64,000 bases of DNA from Nitrosopumilus sp. (GTDB lineage: Archaea; Thermoproteota; Nitrososphaeria; Nitrososphaerales; Nitrosopumilaceae), in NCBI GenBank assembly GCA_963662625.1, contig OY759726.1:288001-352000 (forward strand), in the 5' to 3' direction. Position 1 is the stretch's first letter. Every line of letters begins with the position of its first letter. Made by a program: the position numbers and the translations under genes. This document shows positions 48,099 to 57,231 of the stretch, one piece after another. A model generated the notes under the pieces. It was not told the origin of the DNA. It made no database searches and saw only the letters and a program-made list of their open reading frames with translations.

Positions 48099-48755
48099 TC
48101 ATCCCGCCTGCCCGGCCCCTGCCAGCGTGATGTTGATGTCGTCGCCCACCTGCTCGATCCCTATCTTCTCGTCCCGCGCCAGGAACAGCACCGCGAAGAA
48201 GCACCTGATGGAGTCGGTCCAGTCGAGGCCGTCGGTTATGTCCTGCAGCGTGCCGGAGCCCGTCCCGGAGATCTTCTTCATCACCAGGTCCTCGTACTTT
48301 CCGATTATGCTCTCAAGCGAGATAAAGTACTCCTGGAAGTCGGGCGGCTCGGCGGGCTCTATGTCCAGGCTCTTGCTCCTCGACTTGGGGTTCGCGATGG
48401 AGCCGATCAGGTTCTGCAGCAGCCCGAGCAGGTCGTCAAGCGAGATGGGGTAGGTGGACTCGTGCCTGTACGGGATGCCGATCATCTCGATGTCCACGTC
48501 GACCCTCCTCCTTGGCGGCTTTTTCTCCATCGCCGCCCGCTGCAGCGCAAAGATGCTTTCGACCTTCATCCTGTATATCAGCGACGACGACAGCGCCGCC
48601 ATCCCGGCAACCCTGAGGTCCTTCTTCCCGCTTTTTTCCAGCATCCCCACCAGCAGGTCCAGGATCTGGACCAGGTCTATGGACCAGACGTCCCTCTTTG
48701 CCACGGAAGACGGGCTGAACAGGATGTTCACGGGCTCTTGCGAGATGCCCGCCAT
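48099..48755 (-). CDS. scpA: SMC-Scp complex kleisin ScpA
   Basis: DVWSIDL and FFAVLFLARD..I.IEQ motifs; adjacent to scpB. Confidence 0.87.
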   Translation of the reverse strand: MAGISQEPVNILFSPSSVAKRDVWSIDLVQILDLLVGMLEKSGKKDLRVAGMAALSSSLIYRMKVESIFALQRAAMEKKPPRRRVDVDIEMIGIPYRHESTYPISLDDLLGLLQNLIGSIANPKSRSKSLDIEPAEPPDFQEYFISLESIIGKYEDLVMKKISGTGSGTLQDITDGLDWTDSIRCFFAVLFLARDEKIGIEQVGDDINITLAGAGQAG

Positions 48756-48869
48756 GCGGTCTTTGCTCACACATGGGCTTCTCCCCCATTCCATAATACA
48801 TGCGGGATCTATTTTTTTCCCATACCCAGTCAACTAACTTATATATTGTTCAGGCAAATCCCGTAATTC

Positions 48870-49946
48870 ATGAAATCTGCCCAGATCGTGAGCCCCAACG
48901 AGCCGCTGTCATTCTTGGAGTCCGAGACCCCAAGCCCCCAGAACGGCCAGGTGCTGGTGAGGGTAAAGGCGGTGGGCGTATGCCACAGCGACCTGCACCT
49001 GTGGGAGGGCGGGTACGACATGGGCGATGGCAACTTCATGAAGGTAACGGATCGCGGCGTAAAGTACCCCGTGACCCCCGGCCACGAGATCGTCGGCGCC
49101 GTCGAGCGGGTCGGGGGGGACGTGCGGGGCGTCTCCGTCGGCGACCAGGTGCTGGTCTACCCCTGGATAGGGTGCGGGGAGTGCAGCGCGTGCGGGGCAG
49201 GGAATGAAAACCTGTGCGACGCGCCGAGGTCGCTGGGGGTGTTCCAGGACGGGGGATATTCCGACTACGTGCTGGTCCCGCACCACAAGTACCTCATCAA
49301 GGTCTCCGGGATCGACCTCGAAGGCGCGGCATCCCTTGCCTGCTCGGGCCTCACCGCGTATTCTGCCGTAAAGAAGGCAAACGCCAACTCCCCGGAATTC
49401 ATGGTGATCATCGGCGCCGGCGGCCTCGGGCTGATGGGGGTGCAGATCGCGAAGGCGATCACCCGGGCAAAAATAATCTGCGTCGACCTGGACGAGGAAA
49501 AGCTCAACGCCGCAAAAAAGATGGGGGCCGACTTTGTGGTGAACAGCAGCGCAATAGGATCTGTCGCCACGGGCTCCGGCGACGCGGTGCAGAAGATAAT
49601 CTCGATATGCGACGGCAAGGGAGCCGACAGCGTGGTTGACTTTGTAAACGCCCCCGCCACCGCAAAGACCGGCATATCGGTCCTGCGCAAGCGCGGGAAC
49701 CTGATCCTGGTCGGACTCTTTGGCGGCTCGCTTGAGCTCCCGCTGGTCACCGTGCCGCTGAAGGCGATCACCATACAGGGGGCGTACACCGGAAACTATG
49801 CCGACCTGGTCGAGCTGCTGGAGCTTGCCAAAAAAGGAAGGCTGAACCCGATCATATCCGCGCGCTACGCCCTGGACGACGCGACATCCGCGCTGGAAGA
49901 CCTCAAGGCCAGGAAGATCGTGGGGCGCGCCGTGATAAACCCGTGA
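48870..49946 (+). CDS. Zn-dependent alcohol dehydrogenase
   Basis: GVCHSDLH, PGHEIVG, CGECSAC.AG.ENLC and GAGGLG motifs. Confidence 0.92.
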   Translation: MKSAQIVSPNEPLSFLESETPSPQNGQVLVRVKAVGVCHSDLHLWEGGYDMGDGNFMKVTDRGVKYPVTPGHEIVGAVERVGGDVRGVSVGDQVLVYPWIGCGECSACGAGNENLCDAPRSLGVFQDGGYSDYVLVPHHKYLIKVSGIDLEGAASLACSGLTAYSAVKKANANSPEFMVIIGAGGLGLMGVQIAKAITRAKIICVDLDEEKLNAAKKMGADFVVNSSAIGSVATGSGDAVQKIISICDGKGADSVVDFVNAPATAKTGISVLRKRGNLILVGLFGGSLELPLVTVPLKAITIQGAYTGNYADLVELLELAKKGRLNPIISARYALDDATSALEDLKARKIVGRAVINP

Positions 49947-50199
49947 CCGGGGCGGGGGCATGGCAGCGGCGTGCGCGGATCTTCGGGGCTGCGAACGCGG
50001 GGCTTCGCCCGCATGCAGGCCGCGGATCCGCCGCGCGCCTCCGGGTAATGCGCGCGCGGAACGCTCGTGGCGCCAGCGCTTTTCGCCCGCCGCGATTGCG
50101 CCGGGCCGCGGGGAACGGGCACGCGCTGCCGGCCGGTGCGTACCGCCCGCGCCTGCTGGCCACGAAGTATTAATTAACTAGTGCGTTCACATTAAACCG

Positions 50200-51015
50200 A
50201 TGCTCAAAGACTTTCACGAGTTTCTTGTAAAGCCCGGCAGCAAGGTCCACCTGGAGAAGATGAGGACGGGCTACGACGGGAAGATGAAGAAGAAGCACGC
50301 AAAAAAAGAGCTTGACGCCATACACAAGAGGATGGGCGACCTGCAGTACACCCTCGCAGCCGAAAAGAAGCAGTCGCTGCTGATAGCGCTGCAGGCGACG
50401 GACGCCGGCGGCAAGGACGGCACGATTCGGGACGTCATGCACGGGTTCAACACGCAGGGGTGCAGCGTGACGCCGTTTCGCGTTCCCAGCGACGTCGAAC
50501 GGGCCCACGACTACCTTTGGCGAATCCACAAGGCGGTTCCGCCGAAGGGGGAGATCGGGATCTTCAACCGTTCCCATTACGGCGACGTCTTGGTGGTGAG
50601 GGTGGACAACCTGGTTCCCCGCAAGCAGTGGTCGAAGAGGTACGATCACATAAACGACTTTGAGAGGATGCTGGCAGACGAGGGGGTGAGGATAATCAAG
50701 TTCTTCCTGAACATCAGCAAGGACGAGCAGAAGAGGAGGTTTGACAAGAGGCTGCACAACCCGCTGAAGCACTGGAAGGCGTCAGAAGCTGACTTTGAGA
50801 CGAGAAAGTCCTGGCCCGACTACGTAAAGGTGCACGAGGTGATGCTGGAAAAGTGCAGCACGAAATGGGCCCCCTGGTACGTCATACCCTCCGACACGAA
50901 ATGGTACCGGAACTGGGTGGTCGGGCAGATAATCACGAAGACCCTCGAAGAGATGGATCCACAGCTGCCGTCAGCCACCATCGACATTGAAAAATACAAG
51001 AAAGAGCACAGTTAG
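50200..51015 (+). CDS. ppk2: Polyphosphate kinase 2 family protein
   Basis: DAGGKDGTI, HDYLWR, IFNRSHY and APWYVIP.D.KWYR motifs. Confidence 0.92.
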   Translation: MLKDFHEFLVKPGSKVHLEKMRTGYDGKMKKKHAKKELDAIHKRMGDLQYTLAAEKKQSLLIALQATDAGGKDGTIRDVMHGFNTQGCSVTPFRVPSDVERAHDYLWRIHKAVPPKGEIGIFNRSHYGDVLVVRVDNLVPRKQWSKRYDHINDFERMLADEGVRIIKFFLNISKDEQKRRFDKRLHNPLKHWKASEADFETRKSWPDYVKVHEVMLEKCSTKWAPWYVIPSDTKWYRNWVVGQIITKTLEEMDPQLPSATIDIEKYKKEHS

Positions 51016-51067
51016 GCGCGGGGCGCCCATCGGGCAGGCCCGCAATCGCCGGCCGTGAGCCAGCGCT

Positions 51068-51631
51068 TCACCCTTCCGGAATCCACCCCTTCCGGATCTC
51101 GGCCCTGTCGCGCTCCTCCCCCACCCCGGTGGCGTACCTCCAGACCACCGGCGCAGACGAGCTCGTCCTTGACTTGATCTTGAGCAGCGCCTCGGCCTCC
51201 GAGTCTAGGTTGCCGTCGGCCGATCCGCACTCCCTGCAAAACTTGCATTTCTGATCCAGCGTGACCGGCGCCAGGTCGTTGAGCGGGTACGCCGCGCATG
51301 CCAGCGGCCTCTCGGCATAAATCCTGCACAGGAACCCCCCGTGGGGGGAGCGCCCCCCCGACTCAGTGTCTAGGAACGGGCACGTGTCCCCGTTCTCCTC
51401 CCTTCCCATCAACTGGTAGGCGATTACCTCGGACGGGGCCCTGCCGCCCTCCACGGACGCCCCTATCCTCGGAAGGATCGAGACCTCGATCCCGGCGTCC
51501 CTTGCGAGGCCCTCGATCCTCTCCTTCTCTTCGGGGAGGACGAGCACGCCGATCTTCCCAAACCTCTTGCTCGGATAGTACTCCCTCTCGATGCAGCACT
51601 GGGAGCAGTCCCGGACGCATCCAAAGTCCAT
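51068..51631 (-). CDS. YkgJ-family CxxCxxCC protein
   Basis: FGCVRDCSQCC, CPFL and CRIY.ERP.ACAAYP motifs. Confidence 0.85.
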   Translation of the reverse strand: MDFGCVRDCSQCCIEREYYPSKRFGKIGVLVLPEEKERIEGLARDAGIEVSILPRIGASVEGGRAPSEVIAYQLMGREENGDTCPFLDTESGGRSPHGGFLCRIYAERPLACAAYPLNDLAPVTLDQKCKFCRECGSADGNLDSEAEALLKIKSRTSSSAPVVWRYATGVGEERDRAEIRKGWIPEG

Positions 51632-51831
51632 GGCATGTCTTGCGCCCCCGTGGATAAAATCCCTTGCGACGGCCGTGCGCGCGCCCCGCGCGCCGCAGGC
51701 CCCCGCGGGCCCGGCCGGGGGCGTCCTGCGCCAAGGTGCGCCGATCCGGCCCGGGCGCCTCCCGGCACGCTCCCCGGGGCCGGCCCCCGCGTGCCCGCGA
51801 GCCCTGGCCCCACATCCGCAGCGCCCGGCCC

Positions 51832-53168
51832 CAGTAGATCGAAATGTACTAGCCGCCAGACGACTGGTTGGGCCACGCCCGGCAGCCATCCGTCCCGCCC
51901 GCAGCCATCCCCACCATGCACTCCAGCATGACCGCCAGCCGGATCGAGGCGGTGTCGCGGCTCCCGTACCACCCGGCGGACCATTCCACCGACATCATCC
52001 ACAGGTTGTACATCACCAGCGCCATGAAGAACAGGAACGTCCTGACCGAGGCGTCCGGGCTGGTGGTCCTGGGCCTGGCCTTCTCGGCGTCCCTGTACCC
52101 GGTCTCTATCCCCCACCTCTTCCGGTACTCGTCAGGGACGTCGGCGGCGCGCACCGCCCTGCCGGCGTCCGCGTTGGTGGCGTACGCCAGGTACCTCTCC
52201 TGCGCGTCCCCCGAGTCCCACCCGTCCTCGCCCTCCTTCTTCGGGACTATCACCAGGGTGAACGGCTCGCTGGCCTTCCTGTCCTGGGGCGTCAGGGCGT
52301 GCGGGGACACCGCGGCCCTCTCCCCGCGGGCGTGCTCCCCCACGGCCCTCTTTATCCCGGCAGTCCGCGACGCGGGCATGATGAACCTGTGGCCCGACCC
52401 GGACAGCTCCCCGACGACCCCTGCCGAGAAGAATCCCCGGCCCGGCAGGACCAGCCTGGGGCGGACGCCCACGCCAGCGCAGTCACGCAGCAGCTCGCGC
52501 ACGATTCCGGCCCCCGTGCTCCCCCCCTTGGGCCTGCACGCCAGGTTCAGCCCCGGCCCGTCCACCATCTGGGCGGTGGCGTACCCCTCGAAGCGCGACG
52601 TCCCGGACCTGTGCCTCGCGCGCACCAGCTGCTCCTCCCTGGTCGCGGGATCCCTGTCGTACCTGGGTATCAGGTGGTAGTCCAGGGCCACGACGCAGCG
52701 GATCCGCCTGAGGATCCTCGACCGCCCGGCATCCCGCACGGTGGATGCGAGGGCGCCGGCGCACCGCTCCCGCATGGCGTCCGGTTCGGGGCACGCCCCC
52801 CGTATCCTGGAGAGCACCCACGCCGACGACGGCACGCGGCGGGGCCCGTGGCGCACGGCGAGCGTCCCGGTGGCGCCAGACGCGCACGCGCGGTCCCTGC
52901 ACATGGACACCAGAACGCGCACGAAGTCGGCCATGCCGTACACGGCGTTGTGCCGGCCCGAGAACCCGATGCCCGCCCTCTCCAGCAGCCCGGGCAACAT
53001 TTTAAACGCCTTGCCGGCCACCCTGAGTCGGTGCCCCTGCGGTTCGTTTTGGTTGTACATGACGGATGACAGGGGCGCCTGATCCATTGGTTTTTCTGTC
53101 CAAAACGTTCCAGTGCCAGGTCAATACATGCTGGCCAACGCCCCACAGGGGTACATTTCGATCTACTG
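51832..53168 (-). mobile_element. ISH3-family IS, copy 3 (inverted)
   Basis: Same 18-bp TIRs; GGCCC TSD on both sides. Confidence 0.93.
51849..53087 (-). CDS. ISH3 transposase, probably inactive (LLDRG changed to LPGRG)
   Basis: Substitutions at 52441 and 52444 relative to copies 1 and 2 remove the second DDE Asp. Confidence 0.85.
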   Translation of the reverse strand: MDQAPLSSVMYNQNEPQGHRLRVAGKAFKMLPGLLERAGIGFSGRHNAVYGMADFVRVLVSMCRDRACASGATGTLAVRHGPRRVPSSAWVLSRIRGACPEPDAMRERCAGALASTVRDAGRSRILRRIRCVVALDYHLIPRYDRDPATREEQLVRARHRSGTSRFEGYATAQMVDGPGLNLACRPKGGSTGAGIVRELLRDCAGVGVRPRLVLPGRGFFSAGVVGELSGSGHRFIMPASRTAGIKRAVGEHARGERAAVSPHALTPQDRKASEPFTLVIVPKKEGEDGWDSGDAQERYLAYATNADAGRAVRAADVPDEYRKRWGIETGYRDAEKARPRTTSPDASVRTFLFFMALVMYNLWMMSVEWSAGWYGSRDTASIRLAVMLECMVGMAAGGTDGCRAWPNQSSGG

Positions 53169-53359
53169 GGCCCGGTGGCCCAGTCGTTCGGCGGCGGCGC
53201 GCCCTACATCGTCCTCGGGGCGGCCGGGATCGGGGTCACCGCGCTTGCGGTAGCCCGCCGCGGGAGGCTCGAGCCCAGGCGGCGCCACGGCTAGGCCCGG
53301 GCGGGCGCCGCGGGGCCGCCGCGCAGTAGGTTTAATTTCGAACAAGACCATTACATGGC

Positions 53360-53701
53360 ATGGACCACCCCCTGAACATCGCGGGCAGCGAGTGGGTGAT
53401 CATAGTATTCGTCGCCCTCGTCCTGATCCTGGGCACGAACCAGCTGCCGGCCGCCGCAAGAAAGCTGGGAAAGGCGGTCAACGAGTACAACCGTGCAAAG
53501 GAGGACGTCCGGAACCAGATGCGGGAAGCCGCCGACCACGGCATCCCCGTCTCGGGCCCGGTGGAAAACGAGAGGCAGAAGCTGGAGGCAATCGCCAAGT
53601 CGCTCGGGCTTGACGCCGGCACGGAGTCCGACGACGAGCTGCGGAAGATGATATCGGACAAGATCGGCCGGAAGGGCGCCGACGGCCCCGGGGGAGGGTA
53701 G
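53360..53701 (+). CDS. tatA: Twin-arginine translocase TatA/E-like subunit
   Basis: GSEWVII...LILG...LP.AARKLGKA..EY motif. Confidence 0.85.
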   Translation: MDHPLNIAGSEWVIIVFVALVLILGTNQLPAAARKLGKAVNEYNRAKEDVRNQMREAADHGIPVSGPVENERQKLEAIAKSLGLDAGTESDDELRKMISDKIGRKGADGPGGG

Positions 53702-53791
53702 GGGGCCGCGGATCCGGCCGGCGCCGGATCCGGAAACGCGGAGGCCCCCGGCAGGTCAAGCAATAAATCCGCATGCGGCGGCCTAGTCTCA

Positions 53792-56302
53792 TTGAAGTAC
53801 CCGTGCCCCGAATGCCGATCCAGCCTGGAATTCCACAGGACGTTCAACAGGAAGATCCACGTCTCGTGCGCCTCCTGCGGCATGGGGGACCTGCTGGAAT
53901 ACGCCAGCAACCGCGACGAGGTGTACCTGGAGTTCCTCTCGAGGCACGACTCGGGGCTGGCGTCCAAGGGGCGGGTCCTGGAGAGCGTGAAGAAAGAGGG
54001 CATGGTCCGCGATGAAAAAGAGATCAACGACATGATCAAGGGGCACAAGCCGGCCGCGCTCACGAGGTCCGTGCTGCGCTCTAAGATGGACTACGTGTCG
54101 CAGTTCAAGGTCATCAAAAGCCCGGAGCCCGAGATGGGCTGCACGCCCGACGAGTCCGGGCTTGACGGGGCGGTCACGGGGCACCTGGCGGACTCCGGGA
54201 TAGGGAGGCTCTACAAATTCCAGGAGGACGCGATACGCGAGATCGCCTACGGTGAGAGCATCGTGATCGAGGCGCCCACCGCGTCGGGCAAGACCGAGGC
54301 GTTCATGGCCCCCGTGGTCCACAAGGTGGTGGGCAAGGCGGGGGCAGGCTCGATCCTGGCGGTGTTCGTATACCCGACAAAGTCCCTGTCCCGGGACCAG
54401 CTTCCCAAGATCCGGGGGTTTGCCGACAGGGCGGGGGTTGCCGTCGGCGTCTTTGACGGGGACACCCCGCCCGCGGACAGGCAGGAGATCCTGTCCCGCC
54501 CCCCCGGCATCCTCGTCACCAACTTTGACGTGCTGCACTACCACCTGTGGCACCAGACCAGGCTCGCGTCCCTGCTCTCGTCCGTGGAGGTGCTCGTGGT
54601 GGACGAGGCGCACGTCTACACCGGGATCTTCGGCTCGAACGTGCACTATATCCTGAAGCGCCTGAAGCGGATCTGCGGGAAGCGCCTGCAGTTCGTCGCG
54701 GCCTCTGCCACGCTGAACGGAGCGGGGGAGTTCTGCGAGGGGCTCTTCGGCGCGCCGATGGGGACGGTCAGCGGCTCGGGCAGGAGGGGGGAGACGGACT
54801 TTGTGATGCTGTTCCCGTCGCTGAGGACACAGCGGGCGCTGATGGTGGACCTGGCAAAGCGGCTCACCGACAAGGGCCACAAGACGCTGGTCTTCAGCAA
54901 CTCGCACCTGAACTCGGAACTGCTGGCGGTGCACGCGCGGCGTAGGAAGGTCGACATCAGGGTCCACAGGGCCGGCCTGATGGCAAACTACAGGAAGTCG
55001 GTCGAGGGGGCGTTCAAGGAGGGCTCCCTGCTGGCCGTCTCGTGCACCCCCACGCTGGAGCTGGGGATCGACGTGGGAAGCGTGGACGGGGTGATATCGT
55101 CGACGATCCCCGCAAACAGGCTAGTCCAGAGGATCGGGCGGGCTGCAAGGAAGGGGCAGCACGGCTTTGCCTTCCTGGCGCTCGGCAACGACCCCATATC
55201 GCAGTACTACAAGAACCACCCGGACGACTATTTCGAGGACGTCGAGCTGCCCCACATCGATCCCGGGAACCCCTTCGTGGAGGAGATGCACGTGCTGGCG
55301 ATGGCGTGCGACCGGCCGATCTCCAGGCACGAGCTCGGGGAGCACCGCGGGGCGATCCGGGAGCACCTCAGGAGGGGAAACATCGTCATGCAGGACAGCA
55401 GGCTCGTCCCGGTCCGCGCCAAGGCAGGGCCGCTGCTAGACCAGTACAGCATAAGGGGGATGGGGGAATCCGTGGACATCTTCCTTGGCAGGAGAAAGGT
55501 GGGGGAGCGGGTGCTCCCGATCGCGCTCGAGGAGCTGCACAAGGACGCGGTGTACTTCGTGGCGGGCACCCGCTACAGGGTCCGCGAGTTTGACTACCCC
55601 GGGGACCCCCGCGCGATGCTGCAGAGGATCCCGAGGGACTACCCGTACTACACCAAGGCGCTCGTCGAGGAGCGGCCCACAGTGGAGGCCGTGTACGAGA
55701 GGAGGCGGGCGTTCGGGGTGGAGGTCGCGTTCTGCAGGCTGCTGATCCAAAAGGAGGTGTCAGGGTACGCCAACGTGGAACTGGGGCAGGAGGCCTCCCA
55801 GGGGACCAGGGTGGCGCTGGACGCGCCCCTGAGGTACGAGTTCACGACCAAGGGGGTAGCCTTTTGCGCGCCAGCCCCGGCCGAGGCGATCCGGGCGGCA
55901 GACGACGGGGAATACGCCGAGGCAAGCGGGTACCACGCGACGGAGCACGTCCTGATCGAGGGCAGCAACATGATCACGGGAGGCGTGTCGCAGGACCTCG
56001 GGGGAATCTCCATGGGGACGTCCGGCATGATATTCATCTACGACGGGGCGATCGGGGGAAGCGGCGCGAGCAAGGCCCTGTACGACAGGTTCGAGAAGGC
56101 GCTGGAGCGGAGCATGCAGCTGGTGGGCGAGTGCCCCTGCAAGGACGAGTCGGGGTGCCCGCGGTGCACCCTCTCGTACAGGTGCGGCAACAACAACGAG
56201 TTTCTGCACAAGCGCTCGGCCCTTGAGATCCTGACGAGGATCAACGGCGGGGAGGATACGGCGATCGCGTACCCGTCGGAGGGCGACAGGCCGCTGGTGT
56301 GA
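53792..56302 (+). CDS. DEAH-box helicase with N-terminal zinc ribbon and C-terminal DUF1998 (Hrq1/MrfA-like)
   Basis: APTASGKT, VDEAH, SAT, LELGIDVG, QRIGRAAR and CPC...GCPRC motifs. Confidence 0.9.
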   Translation: MKYPCPECRSSLEFHRTFNRKIHVSCASCGMGDLLEYASNRDEVYLEFLSRHDSGLASKGRVLESVKKEGMVRDEKEINDMIKGHKPAALTRSVLRSKMDYVSQFKVIKSPEPEMGCTPDESGLDGAVTGHLADSGIGRLYKFQEDAIREIAYGESIVIEAPTASGKTEAFMAPVVHKVVGKAGAGSILAVFVYPTKSLSRDQLPKIRGFADRAGVAVGVFDGDTPPADRQEILSRPPGILVTNFDVLHYHLWHQTRLASLLSSVEVLVVDEAHVYTGIFGSNVHYILKRLKRICGKRLQFVAASATLNGAGEFCEGLFGAPMGTVSGSGRRGETDFVMLFPSLRTQRALMVDLAKRLTDKGHKTLVFSNSHLNSELLAVHARRRKVDIRVHRAGLMANYRKSVEGAFKEGSLLAVSCTPTLELGIDVGSVDGVISSTIPANRLVQRIGRAARKGQHGFAFLALGNDPISQYYKNHPDDYFEDVELPHIDPGNPFVEEMHVLAMACDRPISRHELGEHRGAIREHLRRGNIVMQDSRLVPVRAKAGPLLDQYSIRGMGESVDIFLGRRKVGERVLPIALEELHKDAVYFVAGTRYRVREFDYPGDPRAMLQRIPRDYPYYTKALVEERPTVEAVYERRRAFGVEVAFCRLLIQKEVSGYANVELGQEASQGTRVALDAPLRYEFTTKGVAFCAPAPAEAIRAADDGEYAEASGYHATEHVLIEGSNMITGGVSQDLGGISMGTSGMIFIYDGAIGGSGASKALYDRFEKALERSMQLVGECPCKDESGCPRCTLSYRCGNNNEFLHKRSALEILTRINGGEDTAIAYPSEGDRPLV

Positions 56303-56381
56303 GCGGCCGGGGAGGGCGCGGGCGCCGCGGCCCGCCGCGCCTGCCGGCATGGGATAAATATGACTGAATACCACAGACCTC

Positions 56382-57212
56382 ATGGACAAGGTAGCGCTGG
56401 TCACCGGGAGTTCCAGCGGCATCGGGCTCGAGGCGTCGCTGGCGCTTGCAAGGGACGGCTTTCACACGTATGCCAGCATGAGGGACCCGGGCAGGGGCCG
56501 GGAACTGCTGGCCGCCGCCGAAAAGGAGGGGCTGCCAGTAGAGGTGATCGGGCTCGACGTCGACGACGCCGCGTCGGTGGCCTCCGCGGTAGGCAGGGTG
56601 GTGGACGAGTCGGGCAGGATCGACGTCCTGGTAAACAACGCCGGCTACGGGCAGTTCGGGTGCACCGAGGACGTGTCCGTGGAGGAGTTCAGGAGGCAGT
56701 TTGAGACCAACTTCTTCAGCATCGTCGGGATCATCCAGCAGGTGGCGCCCGTCATGAGGGGCCAGGGCTCGGGGATAATAGTCAACATCAGCTCGGTTGT
56801 GGGGCGGATGGGGCTGCCAGGGTCGTCTGCGTACATCAGCACGAAGTTCGCGCTGGAGGGGCTCAGCGAGTGCCTCAGGTACGAGCTCGGGCAGTTCGGG
56901 ATAAGGACAACGCTCATCGAGCCGGGGGTCATAAAGACGAACTTTTTCAGCTCCATGAGGATCCCCGAGTCGAACAAGGACCCGAAATACAAGGAGCTGA
57001 CCGGGAACATCCTGGGGGGGCTGAAGATGATGGTGGAGATGGGGACCCCGCCGTCCCAGGTGGCCGAGGTGATCGTCAGGGCAATCCACGACGAGGAGAT
57101 CCTGCCCAGGTACACGGCGGGGGCCGACGCGGCCATGTTCATGGAGGCGAAGAAGTCCAAGACGGACGCGGAGTTTGAGAGGTACATGGGCAAGGAGCTG
57201 TTTCCCAGCTAG
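56382..57212 (+). CDS. Short-chain dehydrogenase/reductase
   Basis: TGSSSGIG, NNAG and YISTK motifs. Confidence 0.92.
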   Translation: MDKVALVTGSSSGIGLEASLALARDGFHTYASMRDPGRGRELLAAAEKEGLPVEVIGLDVDDAASVASAVGRVVDESGRIDVLVNNAGYGQFGCTEDVSVEEFRRQFETNFFSIVGIIQQVAPVMRGQGSGIIVNISSVVGRMGLPGSSAYISTKFALEGLSECLRYELGQFGIRTTLIEPGVIKTNFFSSMRIPESNKDPKYKELTGNILGGLKMMVEMGTPPSQVAEVIVRAIHDEEILPRYTAGADAAMFMEAKKSKTDAEFERYMGKELFPS

Positions 57213-57231
57213 GCCGGGAGCCTCCCGGACG

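Noticed and set aside
53792-56302. DISARM/Druantia-type DUF1998 helicase
   Set aside because: Stand-alone between tatA and an SDR gene with no defence partners.
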